From IMG/VR virus record IMGVR_UViG_2737471829_000004: DNA of 42,039 nucleotides; one strand, 5' to 3'. The notes below the pieces were generated by a model. It worked only from the letters and a program-made list of their open reading frames with translations. It made no database searches and was not told where the DNA came from. Within the stretch, counting starts at the first letter, position 1; every line of letters begins with the position of its first letter. Of the stretch, positions 1 through 10,398 are shown in pieces. The stretch is from a virus. Taxonomy: Duplodnaviria; Heunggongvirae; Uroviricota; Caudoviricetes. The position numbers and the translations under genes are program-made.

Positions 1-923
1 AGCCGTCACGGTGTTTTGTCCGGCTGACCATCCGGCCTGCGGCGTCATAGTCATACTGCGTGTTTCCGGCCTGTTTCAGCCGGTGGCCTCCGGCATACTG
101 GTCAGTCTCTTCACTTATCCGGTGCCTGCCCGCAGACTGCGCCTTCAGGTAGCCACAACTGTCATAGCCATAGGACTCATCGCCTTCGCCATAGCCCAGC
201 CCGGTGCCTGAGGCTGTCACCGCCGTGACCTGGCCGTTCCGGTCCAGCCGGTATTCCCGCCGTGTTTCCCGTCCGTAATCTTCCCGGCTGGTGACGCCTG
301 ACACGTTACCCGCGCTGTCGTAACGGTACTCCCGTACCAGTGAGGGAACCAGCCCGCCCCATGTGGCTTCTTCCGGAAAAAATCCGGCGCGCTGGCTGAC
401 AGGCTGACCGGCTGCATTCCAGCCCTGTTCACAGGCAAAACCCCGGTTACTGTGCCGGAGCACTTCACGTCCCGCCTCATCACGGCTGAACGTCAGCGTC
501 TCATCCCCCGGCAGGATAACCTCTGCCAGTTCTCCGGCGGCGTTGTAACGGTAGGTGGTTTTCAGCAGGGATTCATCGGGATGTCTGTCGCGTTCATCTT
601 CCGGTGGCAGGATACAGCGGATGACGGTGTGTTCATCGGGGTAGTGGTATTCAATGGCCCGTCGGCCCTGAGTGGTGACATTCACCCGGCCGCGTTCGTC
701 GTAGCCGGTGCGCTGTGATGTGCCGTCCGGGCTGAAGATACCCGTCAGCCTGCCGGATTTGTCATAGGCATACTGCGTTTTCCCTTCCGGCGAGATGACT
801 TCTGCCAGGCGGCCTGCGGCATCCCGGCTGTAGAGGATGGTTTCCTCCAGGCCGTTAACCCTGGCGGTACAGAGGCCATCGGCGTCATAGCGGTAACGCC
901 AGACCACGCCGCCCCAGTCATGC
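1..923 (-). pseudogene. rhs gene, 3' portion of the Rhs repeat core, separated from its 5' part by the prophage; continues beyond window start
   Basis: Minus-strand frame read from 923 downward gives an open YD-repeat sequence (..DWGGVVWRYRYDADGL..YAYDKSGRLTGI..YRYNAAGELAEV..YRYDSAGNVSG..) with no ATG-initiated ORF in the track. It continues in frame from the Rhs ORF right of the prophage. Confidence 0.75.
919..923. repeat. Target-site duplication, left copy (CATGC)
   Basis: The 5 bp just outside the left Mu end are identical to the 5 bp just outside the right end (38021-38025). Confidence 0.8.
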
Positions 924-1110
924 TGTATTGATTCACTTGAAGTACGAAAAAAAACCGGGAGGACATTGGATTATTCGGGATCTGATGGGATTAGATTTGG
1001 TGGGGCTTGCAAGCCTGTAGCGCAAATTTTAGTCGTTAATCAATGAAACGCGAAAGATAGTAAAAAATTGCTTTTGTTTCATTGAAAATACGAAAAACAA
1101 AAACACTGCA
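924..1110. promoter_or_regulatory. attL region with transposase-binding end sites (L1-L3-like)
   Basis: Terminal sequence plus repeated CGAAA-containing motifs (tacgaaaaaaaacc; aacgcgaaagatag; aatacgaaaaacaaaaac) spaced as in the Mu left end. Confidence 0.7.
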
Positions 1111-1262
1111 AATCATTTCAATAACAGCTTCAAAAAACGTTCAAAACCGATAACAACCAGGCTGTAACCAAATGACTCATATCACAAATCAGCTCATGCC
1201 GTTTAGGTATGTTACATGTGTGATTATGTGAGGTGAAGTATGTTTTAGCTGGTTCATGGTTG

Positions 1263-1781
1263 TTATACGGCTTTTTTTACATCTTGTGGTTCTTGCGAAG
1301 GAGCTACAAGACCTTCCTGTTCATGAATACCATGCTCTGACAAAATCTCTTTGCGCTCTTCTGCTGGTAAAGTTTCTAGCATTTGGGCGAGTTGTATGCA
1401 CTCACGCGATACGCCGTGCAGAGATTGGATTTGAGTCTGATCAAAGATACTTGGCATTAGTGCACTAAGTCCACCTTTACTAAGTAGCTTTAATGCCCTC
1501 TGGATTTCCTCTGGTTCTAACTCTGCAACCAAAGCCATTAACACAGAAGCTAACTTATAAGCTGACTTATCGTTATCTAATAACTGCGCCCCTCCTAATT
1601 CTGCCTGAGTGGCATCAGGTAATGAGCTGATATGGTATTCATAAGCAACACCCTTTACTCCTTTGATCTGTCTCTTTTTCCATCCCTCATTAGTTGCTTT
1701 GCGGCTAATACTACTTGCTGAAGACGGAAGACCAGCAACCCCTTGTAGCTCTTTAGCTGAAAACCATTCTTGTGTCATCAC
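1263..1781 (-). CDS. c: Prophage repressor (c), D108-type
   Basis: 172-aa ORF divergently placed from ner-A-B. Its N-terminus ([36 protein letters not shown]) is paralogous to the transposase N-terminus, as in Mu-family repressors. Confidence 0.85.
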   Translation of the reverse strand: MMTQEWFSAKELQGVAGLPSSASSISRKATNEGWKKRQIKGVKGVAYEYHISSLPDATQAELGGAQLLDNDKSAYKLASVLMALVAELEPEEIQRALKLLSKGGLSALMPSIFDQTQIQSLHGVSRECIQLAQMLETLPAEERKEILSEHGIHEQEGLVAPSQEPQDVKKAV

Positions 1782-1969
1782 AAACCTCGCTTTAAATACA
1801 CGATGTATTCAAAGAAATGAAAAATATATTCACTTTAAAATCATCGAGATAGATGAATTTCAAACAAAACATTTGAATACACTATTGCATTGACAATGTA
1901 TTCACACTAGCATTACTGCATACCTTATCAGCTACCTTGCGGCGTAGCTGATGGCGTAGCTTGTGAGGA
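1782..1969. promoter_or_regulatory. Early operator/promoter region (divergent repressor and early promoters; transposition enhancer region)
   Basis: AT-rich intergenic region between divergent c and ner with repeated TGTATTCA / TGAATACA motifs and an inverted repeat cagctac..gtagctg. Confidence 0.6.
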
Positions 1970-1978
1970 TTGCATTTT

Positions 1979-2197
1979 ATGGCGATAAAGAAAAGTAAAT
2001 GTGAAGACAAAAGTAGATACGACATTGTTGCTGATCTGCGCAAAAGAGGAAAAAGCCTAGCAGCTCTTGGTCGTGAGAACGGTCTCTCTATCTCTACGGT
2101 AAAAAATGCCTTGGATAAACCTTACCCTCGGGGGGAAAGAATCATTGCCGATGCATTGGGAGTTGAGCCACGAGACATCTGGCCTTCGAGGTATTGA
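1979..2197 (+). CDS. ner: Ner-like DNA-binding early regulator
   Basis: 72 aa from the first ATG; C-terminal ...[18 protein letters not shown] matches the Ner/Nlp family signature. Position between c and A. Confidence 0.85.
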   Translation: MAIKKSKCEDKSRYDIVADLRKRGKSLAALGRENGLSISTVKNALDKPYPRGERIIADALGVEPRDIWPSRY

Positions 2198-2199
2198 AA

Positions 2200-4200
2200 A
2201 TGCAACCACAATGTAATGATTGGTTTTCTGCAAAGAAATTAGAAGGGCTGATAGGTCTTCCAAAATCCTCTAGCGCGATCTCTCGTAAAGCAAGGTTAGA
2301 ACAGTGGGTGTTTCGACAGATACACGGGGTAAGAGGAGTAGCCTATGAGTTTCATATCTCATCTTTACCAAAGGAAACGCAAGCTGCGTTGTTGCTTAGA
2401 CAAGGAGAGATCGAAACAAGCCAGGGCCGTTTTGAAATCGCCCGCCCCACGCTGGAAGCCCATGATTATGATCGTGAGGCACTGTGGAGCAAATGGGATA
2501 ACGCCAGCGATTCCCAGCGCAGACTTGCTGAAAAATGGTTGCCTGCGGTTCAGGCCGCAGACGAAATGCTGAACCAGGGGATTTCAACAAAAACGGCTTT
2601 TGCGACCGTTGCAGGGCATTACCAGGTCAGCGCATCCACTTTGCGGGACAAGTATTACCAGGTACAGAAGTTTGCGAAGCCTGACTGGGCGGCTGCGCTT
2701 GTTGATGGACGTGGTGCATCCCGTCGCAACGTTCACAAAAGTGAATTTGACGAGGATGCCTGGCAGTTTCTGATTGCAGATTATCTGCGACCGGAAAAGC
2801 CCGCCTTCCGCAAATGTTATGAGCGTCTGGAACTGGCAGCCCGCGAGCATGGCTGGAGTATTCCCTCCCGTGCCACGGCCTTTCGCCGGATTCAGCAACT
2901 GGACGAGGCAATGGTTGTTGCCTGTCGTGAAGGTGAACATGCACTGATGCATCTGATACCGGCACAGCAGCGAACTGTGGAACACCTGGACGCCATGCAG
3001 TGGATCAACGGCGACGGTTATCTGCATAACGTCTTTGTACGCTGGTTTAACGGTGATGTGATCCGCCCGAAAACATGGTTCTGGCAGGATGTGAAAACCC
3101 GAAAAATTCTGGGCTGGCGCTGCGATGTGAGCGAGAACATTGATTCAATTCGCCTCTCGTTCATGGATGTTGTGACTCGCTACGGTATCCCGGAGGATTT
3201 TCACATCACCATTGATAACACCCGTGGTGCTGCGAATAAATGGCTGACGGGAGGCGCGCCCAATCGCTACCGCTTTAAGGTAAAAGAGGACGATCCAAAA
3301 GGACTGTTTTTACTGATGGGGGCGAAAATGCACTGGACAAGCGTTGTTGCCGGTAAAGGCTGGGGCCAGGCAAAACCTGTTGAACGTGCTTTCGGTGTTG
3401 GTGGGCTTGAGGAATACGTTGATAAGCATCCGGCACTGGCTGGCGCATATACGGGGCCTAATCCGCAGGCAAAACCTGATAACTATGGCGACCGCGCTGT
3501 TGATGCAGAGCTGTTTCTGAAAACCCTTGCCGAAGGTGTGGCGATGTTCAATGCCAGAACAGGCCGTGAAACAGAAATGTGCGGAGGCAAACTTTCGTTT
3601 GATGACGTTTTTGAGCGTGAATACGCCAGAACGATTGTGCGTAAGCCTACCGAAGAGCAAAAACGGATGCTGTTACTGCCTGCCGAGGCGGTGAACGTTT
3701 CACGTAAAGGCGAGTTCGCGCTTAAAGTTGGCGGCTCCCTTAAAGGTGTGAAAAACGTTTATTACAACATGGCGTTAATGAATGCCGGAGTGAAAAAAGT
3801 TGTGGTCAGATTTGATCCACAGCAGTTACACAGCACGGTTTATTGCTACACCCTGGACGGTCGGTTTATCTGTGAAGCGGAATGTCTGGCACCTGTTGCG
3901 TTTAATGATGCTGCGGCAGGCCGTGAATATCGCCGCCGCCAGAAACAACTGAAATCTGCGACGAAAGCAGCAATTAAGGCACAGAAACAAATGGATGCAC
4001 TGGAAGTGGCAGAGCTGCTGCCGCAGATAGCCGAACCTGAAGCACCAGAATCACGAATTGTCGGCATTTTCCGGCCTTCCGGTAATACGGAACGGGTGAA
4101 GAATCAGGAGCGTGATGATGAATACGAAACTGAGCGTGATGAATATCTGAATCATTCGCTGGATATTCTGGAACAGAACAGACGTAAAAAAGCCATTTAA
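2200..4200 (+). CDS. A: DDE transposase A (MuA family)
   Basis: 666 aa. From [12 protein letters not shown] onward it matches recalled MuA almost residue for residue; the N-terminal DNA-binding region differs from Mu. The track ORF begins 6 nt upstream at a TTG. Confidence 0.95.
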   Translation: MQPQCNDWFSAKKLEGLIGLPKSSSAISRKARLEQWVFRQIHGVRGVAYEFHISSLPKETQAALLLRQGEIETSQGRFEIARPTLEAHDYDREALWSKWDNASDSQRRLAEKWLPAVQAADEMLNQGISTKTAFATVAGHYQVSASTLRDKYYQVQKFAKPDWAAALVDGRGASRRNVHKSEFDEDAWQFLIADYLRPEKPAFRKCYERLELAAREHGWSIPSRATAFRRIQQLDEAMVVACREGEHALMHLIPAQQRTVEHLDAMQWINGDGYLHNVFVRWFNGDVIRPKTWFWQDVKTRKILGWRCDVSENIDSIRLSFMDVVTRYGIPEDFHITIDNTRGAANKWLTGGAPNRYRFKVKEDDPKGLFLLMGAKMHWTSVVAGKGWGQAKPVERAFGVGGLEEYVDKHPALAGAYTGPNPQAKPDNYGDRAVDAELFLKTLAEGVAMFNARTGRETEMCGGKLSFDDVFEREYARTIVRKPTEEQKRMLLLPAEAVNVSRKGEFALKVGGSLKGVKNVYYNMALMNAGVKKVVVRFDPQQLHSTVYCYTLDGRFICEAECLAPVAFNDAAAGREYRRRQKQLKSATKAAIKAQKQMDALEVAELLPQIAEPEAPESRIVGIFRPSGNTERVKNQERDDEYETERDEYLNHSLDILEQNRRKKAI

Positions 4201-4238
4201 TTAACGTTTAAACAAAATTTAATTACGAGGTTATTCAG

Positions 4239-5177
4239 ATGAATATTTCCGATATTCGCGCAGGACTGCGCACGCTTGTAGAAAATGAAGAAACCACCTT
4301 TAAACAAATTGCTCTTGAGAGCGGACTTTCTACCGGAACTATCAGTAGTTTTATCAATGATAAGTACAACGGGGATAACGAGCGTGTTTCACAAATTCTG
4401 CAACGCTGGCTGGAAAAATATCATGCAGTTGCAGAACTACCTGAACCGCCCCGCTTTGTGGAAACGCAGACGGTAAAACAAATCTGGACAAGTATGCGTT
4501 TTGCCAGCCTGACTGAAAGTATTGCTGTTGTATGTGGCAATCCTGGTGTGGGCAAAACCGAAGCGGCCCGTGAATATCGCCGCACCAATAACAATGTCTG
4601 GATGATCACCATTACGCCATCCTGTGCCAGCGTTCTTGAATGTCTTACTGAACTGGCGTTTGAGCTGGGAATGAATGACGCACCACGCCGTAAAGGGCCG
4701 CTCTCCCGCGCCCTGCGACGTCGCCTTGAAGGTACACAGGGGCTGGTTATCATCGACGAAGCTGATCATCTTGGTGCCGAAGTTCTGGAAGAACTCCGCC
4801 TGTTACAGGAATCAACCCGTATTGGCCTTGTGCTGATGGGAAATCACCGGGTTTATTCAAATATGACGGGGGGTAACAGAACGGTTGAATTTGCCCGTCT
4901 GTTTTCCCGTATTGCAAAGCGCACTGCAATTAATAAAACCAAAAAAGCCGATGTAAAAGCTATTGCGGATGCCTGGCAGATTAACGGCGAAAAAGAACTG
5001 GAGTTATTACAGCAGATTGCGCAGAAACCAGGTGCGCTTCGCATTCTGAATCATTCACTTCGCCTTGCCGCCATGACGGCTCACGGTAAAGGTGAGCGTG
5101 TTAACGCAGATTATCTGCGTCAGGCTTTCCGTGAATTAGACCTGGACGTTGATATTTCAACGCTGCTGCGTAATTAA
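4239..5177 (+). CDS. B: Transposition ATPase / target DNA activator B (MuB family)
   Basis: 312 aa with Walker A GNPGVGKT and Walker B VIIDEADHL; immediately downstream of A. Confidence 0.95.
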   Translation: MNISDIRAGLRTLVENEETTFKQIALESGLSTGTISSFINDKYNGDNERVSQILQRWLEKYHAVAELPEPPRFVETQTVKQIWTSMRFASLTESIAVVCGNPGVGKTEAAREYRRTNNNVWMITITPSCASVLECLTELAFELGMNDAPRRKGPLSRALRRRLEGTQGLVIIDEADHLGAEVLEELRLLQESTRIGLVLMGNHRVYSNMTGGNRTVEFARLFSRIAKRTAINKTKKADVKAIADAWQINGEKELELLQQIAQKPGALRILNHSLRLAAMTAHGKGERVNADYLRQAFRELDLDVDISTLLRN

Positions 5178-5192
5178 GAAGGAGAAGAAATT

Positions 5193-5420
5193 ATGATGGC
5201 CCGAAATATAAAAATGGCAACGGATGCGCAGAACTGGTTACAGGCGCGCGGGAGTCATGTAAATGAATCATATCTCGGCGTGGCGCGTCCGATTCTTGAA
5301 ATCACTTACCCACCGGTGGAACTGGTAAAAAACGCGGTCAGAATTATGGAGCATAAGTCCGGGGTGGCCCGTTCTGTATGGACGGCCCGTCTTAATGGTT
5401 GCCAGATTATCTGGAGATAA
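5193..5420 (+). CDS. Small early protein at the kil position (Kil-like by position and size only)
   Basis: 75-aa ORF directly after B with RBS aaggag upstream. Assignment is positional. Confidence 0.4.
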
Positions 5421-5422
5421 CG

Positions 5423-5653
5423 ATGTGTATTAAAGCCGAAAAATATATTGAATGGGTTAAACACTGTCAGTGCCACGGGGTGCCGCTGACGACATATAAA
5501 TGCCCCGGATGTGGTGAACAGATTATGACGCAATGCTCACCCGAAAAGGAAATTCGGGATTCCCTGACATGTTGTCCGTGGTGCAGCGCGGTTTTCTTTA
5601 AGCAGGTAAAAGGCGCGAAGGTAAAAGCCAGCGCAGTTATTCAGAATCAATAA
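5423..5653 (+). CDS. Cys-rich small early protein (putative zinc ribbon)
   Basis: ATG preceded by ggag; CPGCGEQ...CCPWC motif. The track ORF starts at 5399 overlapping the previous gene. Confidence 0.4.
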   Translation: MCIKAEKYIEWVKHCQCHGVPLTTYKCPGCGEQIMTQCSPEKEIRDSLTCCPWCSAVFFKQVKGAKVKASAVIQNQ

Positions 5654-5664
5654 GGAGAAACAAA

Positions 5665-5934
5665 ATGGCAAAGGTTATCTTTGAGTTTACATGGCTGGAA
5701 AGTAGTGACGGTTGCAATGGGCGCAGAGAAGTTCTGGATGCAAAAGCATGTCTTGCAGATATCTCGCCAACGGAAAATACCGGGCCTCATGATTTACTGG
5801 CAAATATCGTCCTGACTATGGCTCCTGAAATTATTAAAAAGGCCAAAGATGAGATGCTGACCACTATGAAGAAAGTGGGTATGGAGGCTGAATGTGATTT
5901 AGTACCACATCCGGTGAATGCGGTTAAACATTAA
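5665..5934 (+). CDS. Hypothetical early protein
   Basis: 89-aa ORF with strong RBS (aaggagaaacaaa ATG) in the co-directional early operon. Confidence 0.55.
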   Translation: MAKVIFEFTWLESSDGCNGRREVLDAKACLADISPTENTGPHDLLANIVLTMAPEIIKKAKDEMLTTMKKVGMEAECDLVPHPVNAVKH

Positions 5935-5954
5935 TTCGCAAAGGAGCGCTGACA

Positions 5955-6374
5955 ATGAACGTCAAAATCCGAAATGAAATTCAGGCATTAATCCGAATTC
6001 AGGAACGCAATAACAACGGTGGTGAATTACGCGAGTTTATTTGCGCCCGGAAAGTTGATGGTTGTGGTGAAAAGACTTACCTGATTGCTTTCGACCATTA
6101 CAGCATCTGTGCGCGTTATTGCGGCGAAAGCATATCCCGCGCCATTGCATTTGGCGGTGCGTTCAACGTGGATTTATGGGAGTACGTCATGGACCGGGAA
6201 TACATCTGCGCATCAGACCCTGAAGCCCGTGAAATGTGGCAGCGTATCTGGCGCGATTACCGGTTAATGGCAAAAGGCTGGGCGCGCTGCTGTTATTCCT
6301 CGCTTGCCCTGAAAGCGGTTCAGTTATCGCTACGGCATATTCCGGCATCACTGCGCGAGCCTCTGCTGTACTGA
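5955..6374 (+). CDS. Hypothetical early protein
   Basis: 139-aa ORF with RBS aaggag upstream, tightly packed in the early operon. Confidence 0.55.
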   Translation: MNVKIRNEIQALIRIQERNNNGGELREFICARKVDGCGEKTYLIAFDHYSICARYCGESISRAIAFGGAFNVDLWEYVMDREYICASDPEAREMWQRIWRDYRLMAKGWARCCYSSLALKAVQLSLRHIPASLREPLLY

Positions 6375-6674
6375 ATGGTGACTGACATGAAGTGTAATCG
6401 TAAGCGCTGGTCACGCGAAGACCGGGAATTTATCGAAGCCAACGTCGGAAAAATGACCGTTGAAGAAATGGCGGAAAAACTGAAAGTCGCCACAACCGCC
6501 CTCCGGGCACATGCCAGAAGGCACGGAATATCATTGTGTGTATACCGAATCAGTGAACACGACAAATATTTATGTCGTGAACTTTATAAAGAAGGACTGG
6601 ATATTCATGTCATTGCCCGAAAGATGGAATTAAGCAATCGAGCTGTATCCAGCATTGTATACAGCGGATATTAA
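6375..6674 (+). CDS. Hypothetical early protein with possible helix-turn-helix
   Basis: 99-aa ORF; segment MTVEEMAEKLKVATTALRAHARRHG resembles a DNA-binding HTH. Start uncertain (alternative ATG at 6387). Confidence 0.45.
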   Translation: MVTDMKCNRKRWSREDREFIEANVGKMTVEEMAEKLKVATTALRAHARRHGISLCVYRISEHDKYLCRELYKEGLDIHVIARKMELSNRAVSSIVYSGY

Positions 6675-6693
6675 TTAACAGGAGCTTTAATTT

Positions 6694-7218
6694 ATGGCTA
6701 AACCAGCAAAACGTATCAAAAGTGCCGCAGCGGCTTATGTGCCACAAAACCGCGATGCGGTGATTACCGATATTAAACGCATCGGGGATTTACAGCGCGA
6801 AGCATCACGTCTGGAAACGGAAATGAATGATGCCATCGCGGAAATTACGGAGAAATTTGCAGCCCGGATTGCACCGATTAAAACCGATATTGAAACCCTT
6901 TCAAAAGGTGTTCAGGGATGGTGTGAAGCGAACCGCGACGAACTGACAAACGGCGGCAAAGTGAAGACGGCGAATCTTGTCACCGGTGATGTATCGTGGC
7001 GGGTCCGTCCACCATCAGTAAGTATTCGTGGTATGGATGCAGTGATGGAAACGCTGGAGCGTCTTGGCCTGCAACGCTTTATTCGCACGAAGCAGGAAAT
7101 CAACAAGGAAGCGATTTTACTAGAACCGAAAGCGGTCGCAGGTGTTGCCGGAATTACAGTTAAATCGGGAATTGAAGATTTTTCCATTATTCCGTTTGAA
7201 CAGGAAGCCGGTATTTAA
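6694..7218 (+). CDS. gam: Gam, DNA-end-binding host-nuclease inhibitor
   Basis: 174 aa with RBS caggag; sequence recognised as Mu Gam-like. Confidence 0.85.
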   Translation: MAKPAKRIKSAAAAYVPQNRDAVITDIKRIGDLQREASRLETEMNDAIAEITEKFAARIAPIKTDIETLSKGVQGWCEANRDELTNGGKVKTANLVTGDVSWRVRPPSVSIRGMDAVMETLERLGLQRFIRTKQEINKEAILLEPKAVAGVAGITVKSGIEDFSIIPFEQEAGI

Positions 7219-7316
7219 TACCACCATTAATATTTAATTAATTCACATTCTTTTAATTATGGCGCGATGCGTCAGGGGATTGCTCGCGCCTGAAACAGAT
7301 TACTGAGGAATAAAAC

Positions 7317-7847
7317 ATGGTTGATGCAAAAATTCTGAATGGTGTCAGCACATTATTACGGGCTTACGGACGCCTGACCTGCGGAGTTCTGGCTGAAAAA
7401 ATGAAGATGCCTCCCTCATCAATGGTGTATTTCCTGCGTGATGCGGTTGATGTCGGCGTTCTCACCGAATGCAACGGATTTTATGACGTTCCGCGCCCGC
7501 GTCCGACGCCGCCTGTAAGACGAAACGCAACTGAGCAGCCTGCTGTTGATGATGCGGTGTGGTGCAACTGGCGTCGCTCATTACCCTGGGTGGAAGGTAA
7601 TACCATCCCCGCACTGGCAAAAGAGTTTGCGACAGGCGTACTGACCTGTGAGTCCGTTCACATCGTTGCAGAAGTGGATGACGAGATGTGCAAACAGGGA
7701 ATGCCACGTTTTGTGATGGCTTATATCGATATCCGGCTGGGGCGGTTTATTTGCAGTTCAAGCGCCTGGAATATCACCGACCATGTACTGCGTTATCTCA
7801 TTCTTGATTGTTCTCCGGCTCCCGTAGCGGTGCAGGAGGTGGCGTGA
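7317..7847 (+). CDS. Hypothetical early protein
   Basis: 176-aa ORF with RBS gaggaataaaac ATG. Confidence 0.5.
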   Translation: MVDAKILNGVSTLLRAYGRLTCGVLAEKMKMPPSSMVYFLRDAVDVGVLTECNGFYDVPRPRPTPPVRRNATEQPAVDDAVWCNWRRSLPWVEGNTIPALAKEFATGVLTCESVHIVAEVDDEMCKQGMPRFVMAYIDIRLGRFICSSSAWNITDHVLRYLILDCSPAPVAVQEVA

Positions 7848-8371
7848 TGTTTTTTAAAACGTCAAATCCCGCAGCACTGCTGGCGTGGGACCAGTTTATG
7901 GCGGACTGTCTGAAACTACGCGAAGAAGCCCGCCATCTTGATAAGGTTCTGGGTTGTGGTTGCCGGTCAGTATTCAGCACAGGTATTGGTGGGCGTTATT
8001 TTCATGGTGTGAACTTTCCGGGGAATGAGCGCCCTTTCTCGCGGGAGCTGTGGACCGTACAACGGCCCGCATCAGGTAACAGTTGCAGGCCTAGAACTTC
8101 GCGGATACCTGTTCATCTCAGGGAGCAGGCAAAAGAGCTGGCGAAAATATGGCAGGAGAATATTCCGGTCACTTATGCCCGCACAGATGCTCTTTTACCC
8201 GCACTGGGACTGGATTTCAGCGCAACAATATTCGGGCCGCTCCGGTGGTTCCGTGTTGGTGATGTGATTTACGTCATGACGGGGATGACACCCGCACAGG
8301 GCTGCATGACGGAAATCCTGTCCGATGAATTCATGAAGGCAAAGATTGCGTTAAAGGGGGCCGCTAAATGA
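7847..8371 (+). CDS. Hypothetical early protein
   Basis: ATG after aggagg; the track ORF starts at 7808 overlapping the previous gene. Confidence 0.45.
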   Translation: MFFKTSNPAALLAWDQFMADCLKLREEARHLDKVLGCGCRSVFSTGIGGRYFHGVNFPGNERPFSRELWTVQRPASGNSCRPRTSRIPVHLREQAKELAKIWQENIPVTYARTDALLPALGLDFSATIFGPLRWFRVGDVIYVMTGMTPAQGCMTEILSDEFMKAKIALKGAAK

Positions 8372-9036
8372 AAGAACGTGGCGTTGCTTTTAATGACGAT
8401 ATGGTCAGGGCAATTCTCGAAGGAAGAAAGACGCAAACACGCCGCCCGGTAAAAAATGTCGGACACGATAACTGTCTGGTTATCCATCGTAACGGTGTTT
8501 ATACCCACGTTATGGATGCACCTGAGCATGGTTTATGCCCGTTCGGTAACGTTGGTGATCGCATCTGGGTCCGTGAAGCGTGGGCAATATTAGGCAATGA
8601 GGATGGTTGCAGTGTGGACTGGAACGGCAACCTTTGTCATGGCGATGAGAAGAAGGCAGCAAGGATTTATCGGGCAAGTTGTGAACAAAAGCCTGGTGAT
8701 TACGGTCTGTGGTCAATACCTGATGATGCTGACTGGAAACCTCGCACTGTGAATGAAAAGTTTGATGGCAGGTGGTGCCCATCTATCCACATGCCGCGCT
8801 GGGCGTCGCGCATTCTGTTGGGAATAACCGACGTGCGTGTGGAACGGCTGCATGATATTAGCGAGGCAGATGCGAAAGCGGAAGGCGCATTTCCGGCGAC
8901 GTACAAAATTACGCCACCGGAAGCTGTTTATCGCGTTGGTTTTGGTGATATCTGGCGCGGTATTTATGGGCAAGATAACTGGCTGTCTAATCCGTGGGTA
9001 TGGGTAATTGAGTTTAAGCGTATTCAGGAAGCATAA
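8368..9036 (+). CDS. Hypothetical early protein, possible ASCH/PUA-like N-terminal motif
   Basis: 222-aa ORF; MVRAILEGRKTQTRR and GDRIWVREAW are reminiscent of ASCH-like domains. Recognition is tentative. Confidence 0.5.
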   Translation: MKERGVAFNDDMVRAILEGRKTQTRRPVKNVGHDNCLVIHRNGVYTHVMDAPEHGLCPFGNVGDRIWVREAWAILGNEDGCSVDWNGNLCHGDEKKAARIYRASCEQKPGDYGLWSIPDDADWKPRTVNEKFDGRWCPSIHMPRWASRILLGITDVRVERLHDISEADAKAEGAFPATYKITPPEAVYRVGFGDIWRGIYGQDNWLSNPWVWVIEFKRIQEA

Positions 9037-9038
9037 CT

Positions 9039-9380
9039 ATGAGCAAATCACTTAATGCACGTTGTATTCGCCGTTGGGAAGTCAGATTTAAGCCTGTTTG
9101 TGATTCAAAAGTTAGCCCTCACATGCGTAAAAGCTTTTTGCGTGGGGTGCGTGAATTAGGGCTTATTACGGCTGAAAACATGGTTGAAAGCATGGCTGAG
9201 AAAAACGCCAGGTTTGATTACGACGGCAAGGACACAGGCTGGTCACCGGAGTTTTCTAACTGGTATGCAACATGCCGAGAAAAGTATTGTAAAGAGGCCC
9301 GCGACTATCTGGATGAAGAAGTCACAAACGATGAGATCGATGAAGAAATCAGAACTGAGCTAGAGTATTGGAATGACTAA
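9039..9380 (+). CDS. Hypothetical early protein with acidic C-terminus
   Basis: 113-aa ORF, start coupled to the previous stop. Confidence 0.45.
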   Translation: MSKSLNARCIRRWEVRFKPVCDSKVSPHMRKSFLRGVRELGLITAENMVESMAEKNARFDYDGKDTGWSPEFSNWYATCREKYCKEARDYLDEEVTNDEIDEEIRTELEYWND

Positions 9381-9447
9381 TCTGGCCGATATGACCGGAA
9401 AGTGTTTCAGCGATACAAGCGGTGTGGTAGCACCGCTTTTTAAAGGT

Positions 9448-10005
9448 ATGATCATGAGTCGCACATCCCTGATTAAATTAATCCATGTCGCCCGTCGTGA
9501 TCTACAACTCGACGACGATACTTACCGCGCTTTTCTGATGCAGAAAACGGGCAAAATCAGTTGCCGCGAGCTGACGGTAACGCAACTGGAACAGGTGCTC
9601 GATGCCATGAAAGAACGCGGCTTTAAGAAGCTGAATAAACATCCACGTCGCCGCTTTAAGGGGCATGTCACGCCCCGCGAGAAGGTATACAAAGTCTGGC
9701 AGCAGATGGCAGAAGACGGTTTTATTACCGATGGCGGTGATGTGGCGCTGGATAAATATGTTCAGCGCCTGACGGCGAAACGTAATGGCGGACAGGGTGT
9801 TTCCACGCTGGCGTGGTGTCATGGCGACACCCTGTTGATTGTTCTCGAAACTCTCAAGCAGTGGCATATCCGCTGTATTCGTGAAGCCTTTTCCCGTCAC
9901 GGGCTTCCGTTGCCGGTCAGTCCGTCCGGGCGTGAACTGCGCGGCTATGATGCCATGACGGCGGCTTATGCCCATGCCAGAAAGACACGGAGGATGGCAC
10001 AATGA
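9448..10005 (+). CDS. gemA: GemA-like early protein
   Basis: Placed directly upstream of mor as in Mu; family recognised by position and size. Start chosen at an internal ATG; the track ORF starts at 9373. Confidence 0.55.
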   Translation: MIMSRTSLIKLIHVARRDLQLDDDTYRAFLMQKTGKISCRELTVTQLEQVLDAMKERGFKKLNKHPRRRFKGHVTPREKVYKVWQQMAEDGFITDGGDVALDKYVQRLTAKRNGGQGVSTLAWCHGDTLLIVLETLKQWHIRCIREAFSRHGLPLPVSPSGRELRGYDAMTAAYAHARKTRRMAQ

Positions 10006-10391
10006 CGGAAGATTTATTTGGTGATTTGCAGGATGACACCATCCTGGCACATCTTGACAATCCCGCAGAGGATACGTCACGCTTTCCGGCACTGCTGGCG
10101 GAGCTGAACGATTTACTGCGCGGGGAATTGTCCCGGCTGGGTGTTGATCCTGCCCATTCACTGGAGATTGTAGTGGCTATCTGTAAGCATCTGGGCGGCG
10201 GTCAGGTCTACATTCCACGCGGTCAGGTTCTGGACTCGCTGATTCGGGATTTGCGTATCTGGAATGATTTTAACGGTCGCAACGTCAGCGAACTGACCAC
10301 CCGTTATGGTGTCACTTTCAATACGGTTTACAAGGCCATTCGCCGGATGCGACGGCTGAAATACCGCCAGTACCAGCCCTCACTTCTGTAA
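10002..10391 (+). CDS. mor: Mor, middle-operon transcription activator
   Basis: 129 aa; C-terminal GGGQVYIP..FNGRN..EL motif is shared with the C-like protein downstream. Followed by a terminator. Confidence 0.85.
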   Translation: MTEDLFGDLQDDTILAHLDNPAEDTSRFPALLAELNDLLRGELSRLGVDPAHSLEIVVAICKHLGGGQVYIPRGQVLDSLIRDLRIWNDFNGRNVSELTTRYGVTFNTVYKAIRRMRRLKYRQYQPSLL

Positions 10392-10398
10392 ACAGTAA

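Noticed and set aside
919-923. Poor fit of the duplication CATGC to the weak Mu target consensus (N-Y-G/C-R-N)
   Set aside because: The consensus is only a statistical preference; identical 5-bp repeats at both junctions and the restored Rhs frame are stronger evidence. A 1-bp error in my boundary placement is still possible.
11-966. Track ORFs 11-211(+), 217-483(-), 452-718(+) and 745-966(-) in the left flank
   Set aside because: They lie in the wrong frame or on the antisense strand of the open Rhs repeat frame on the minus strand; GC-rich Rhs DNA generates many spurious ORFs. The real coding frame has no ATG here because it is the interior of a larger gene.
2345-4067. Internal and antisense ORFs within the transposase gene
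   Set aside because: Embedded in or opposite a strongly supported 666-aa transposase frame; no independent evidence.
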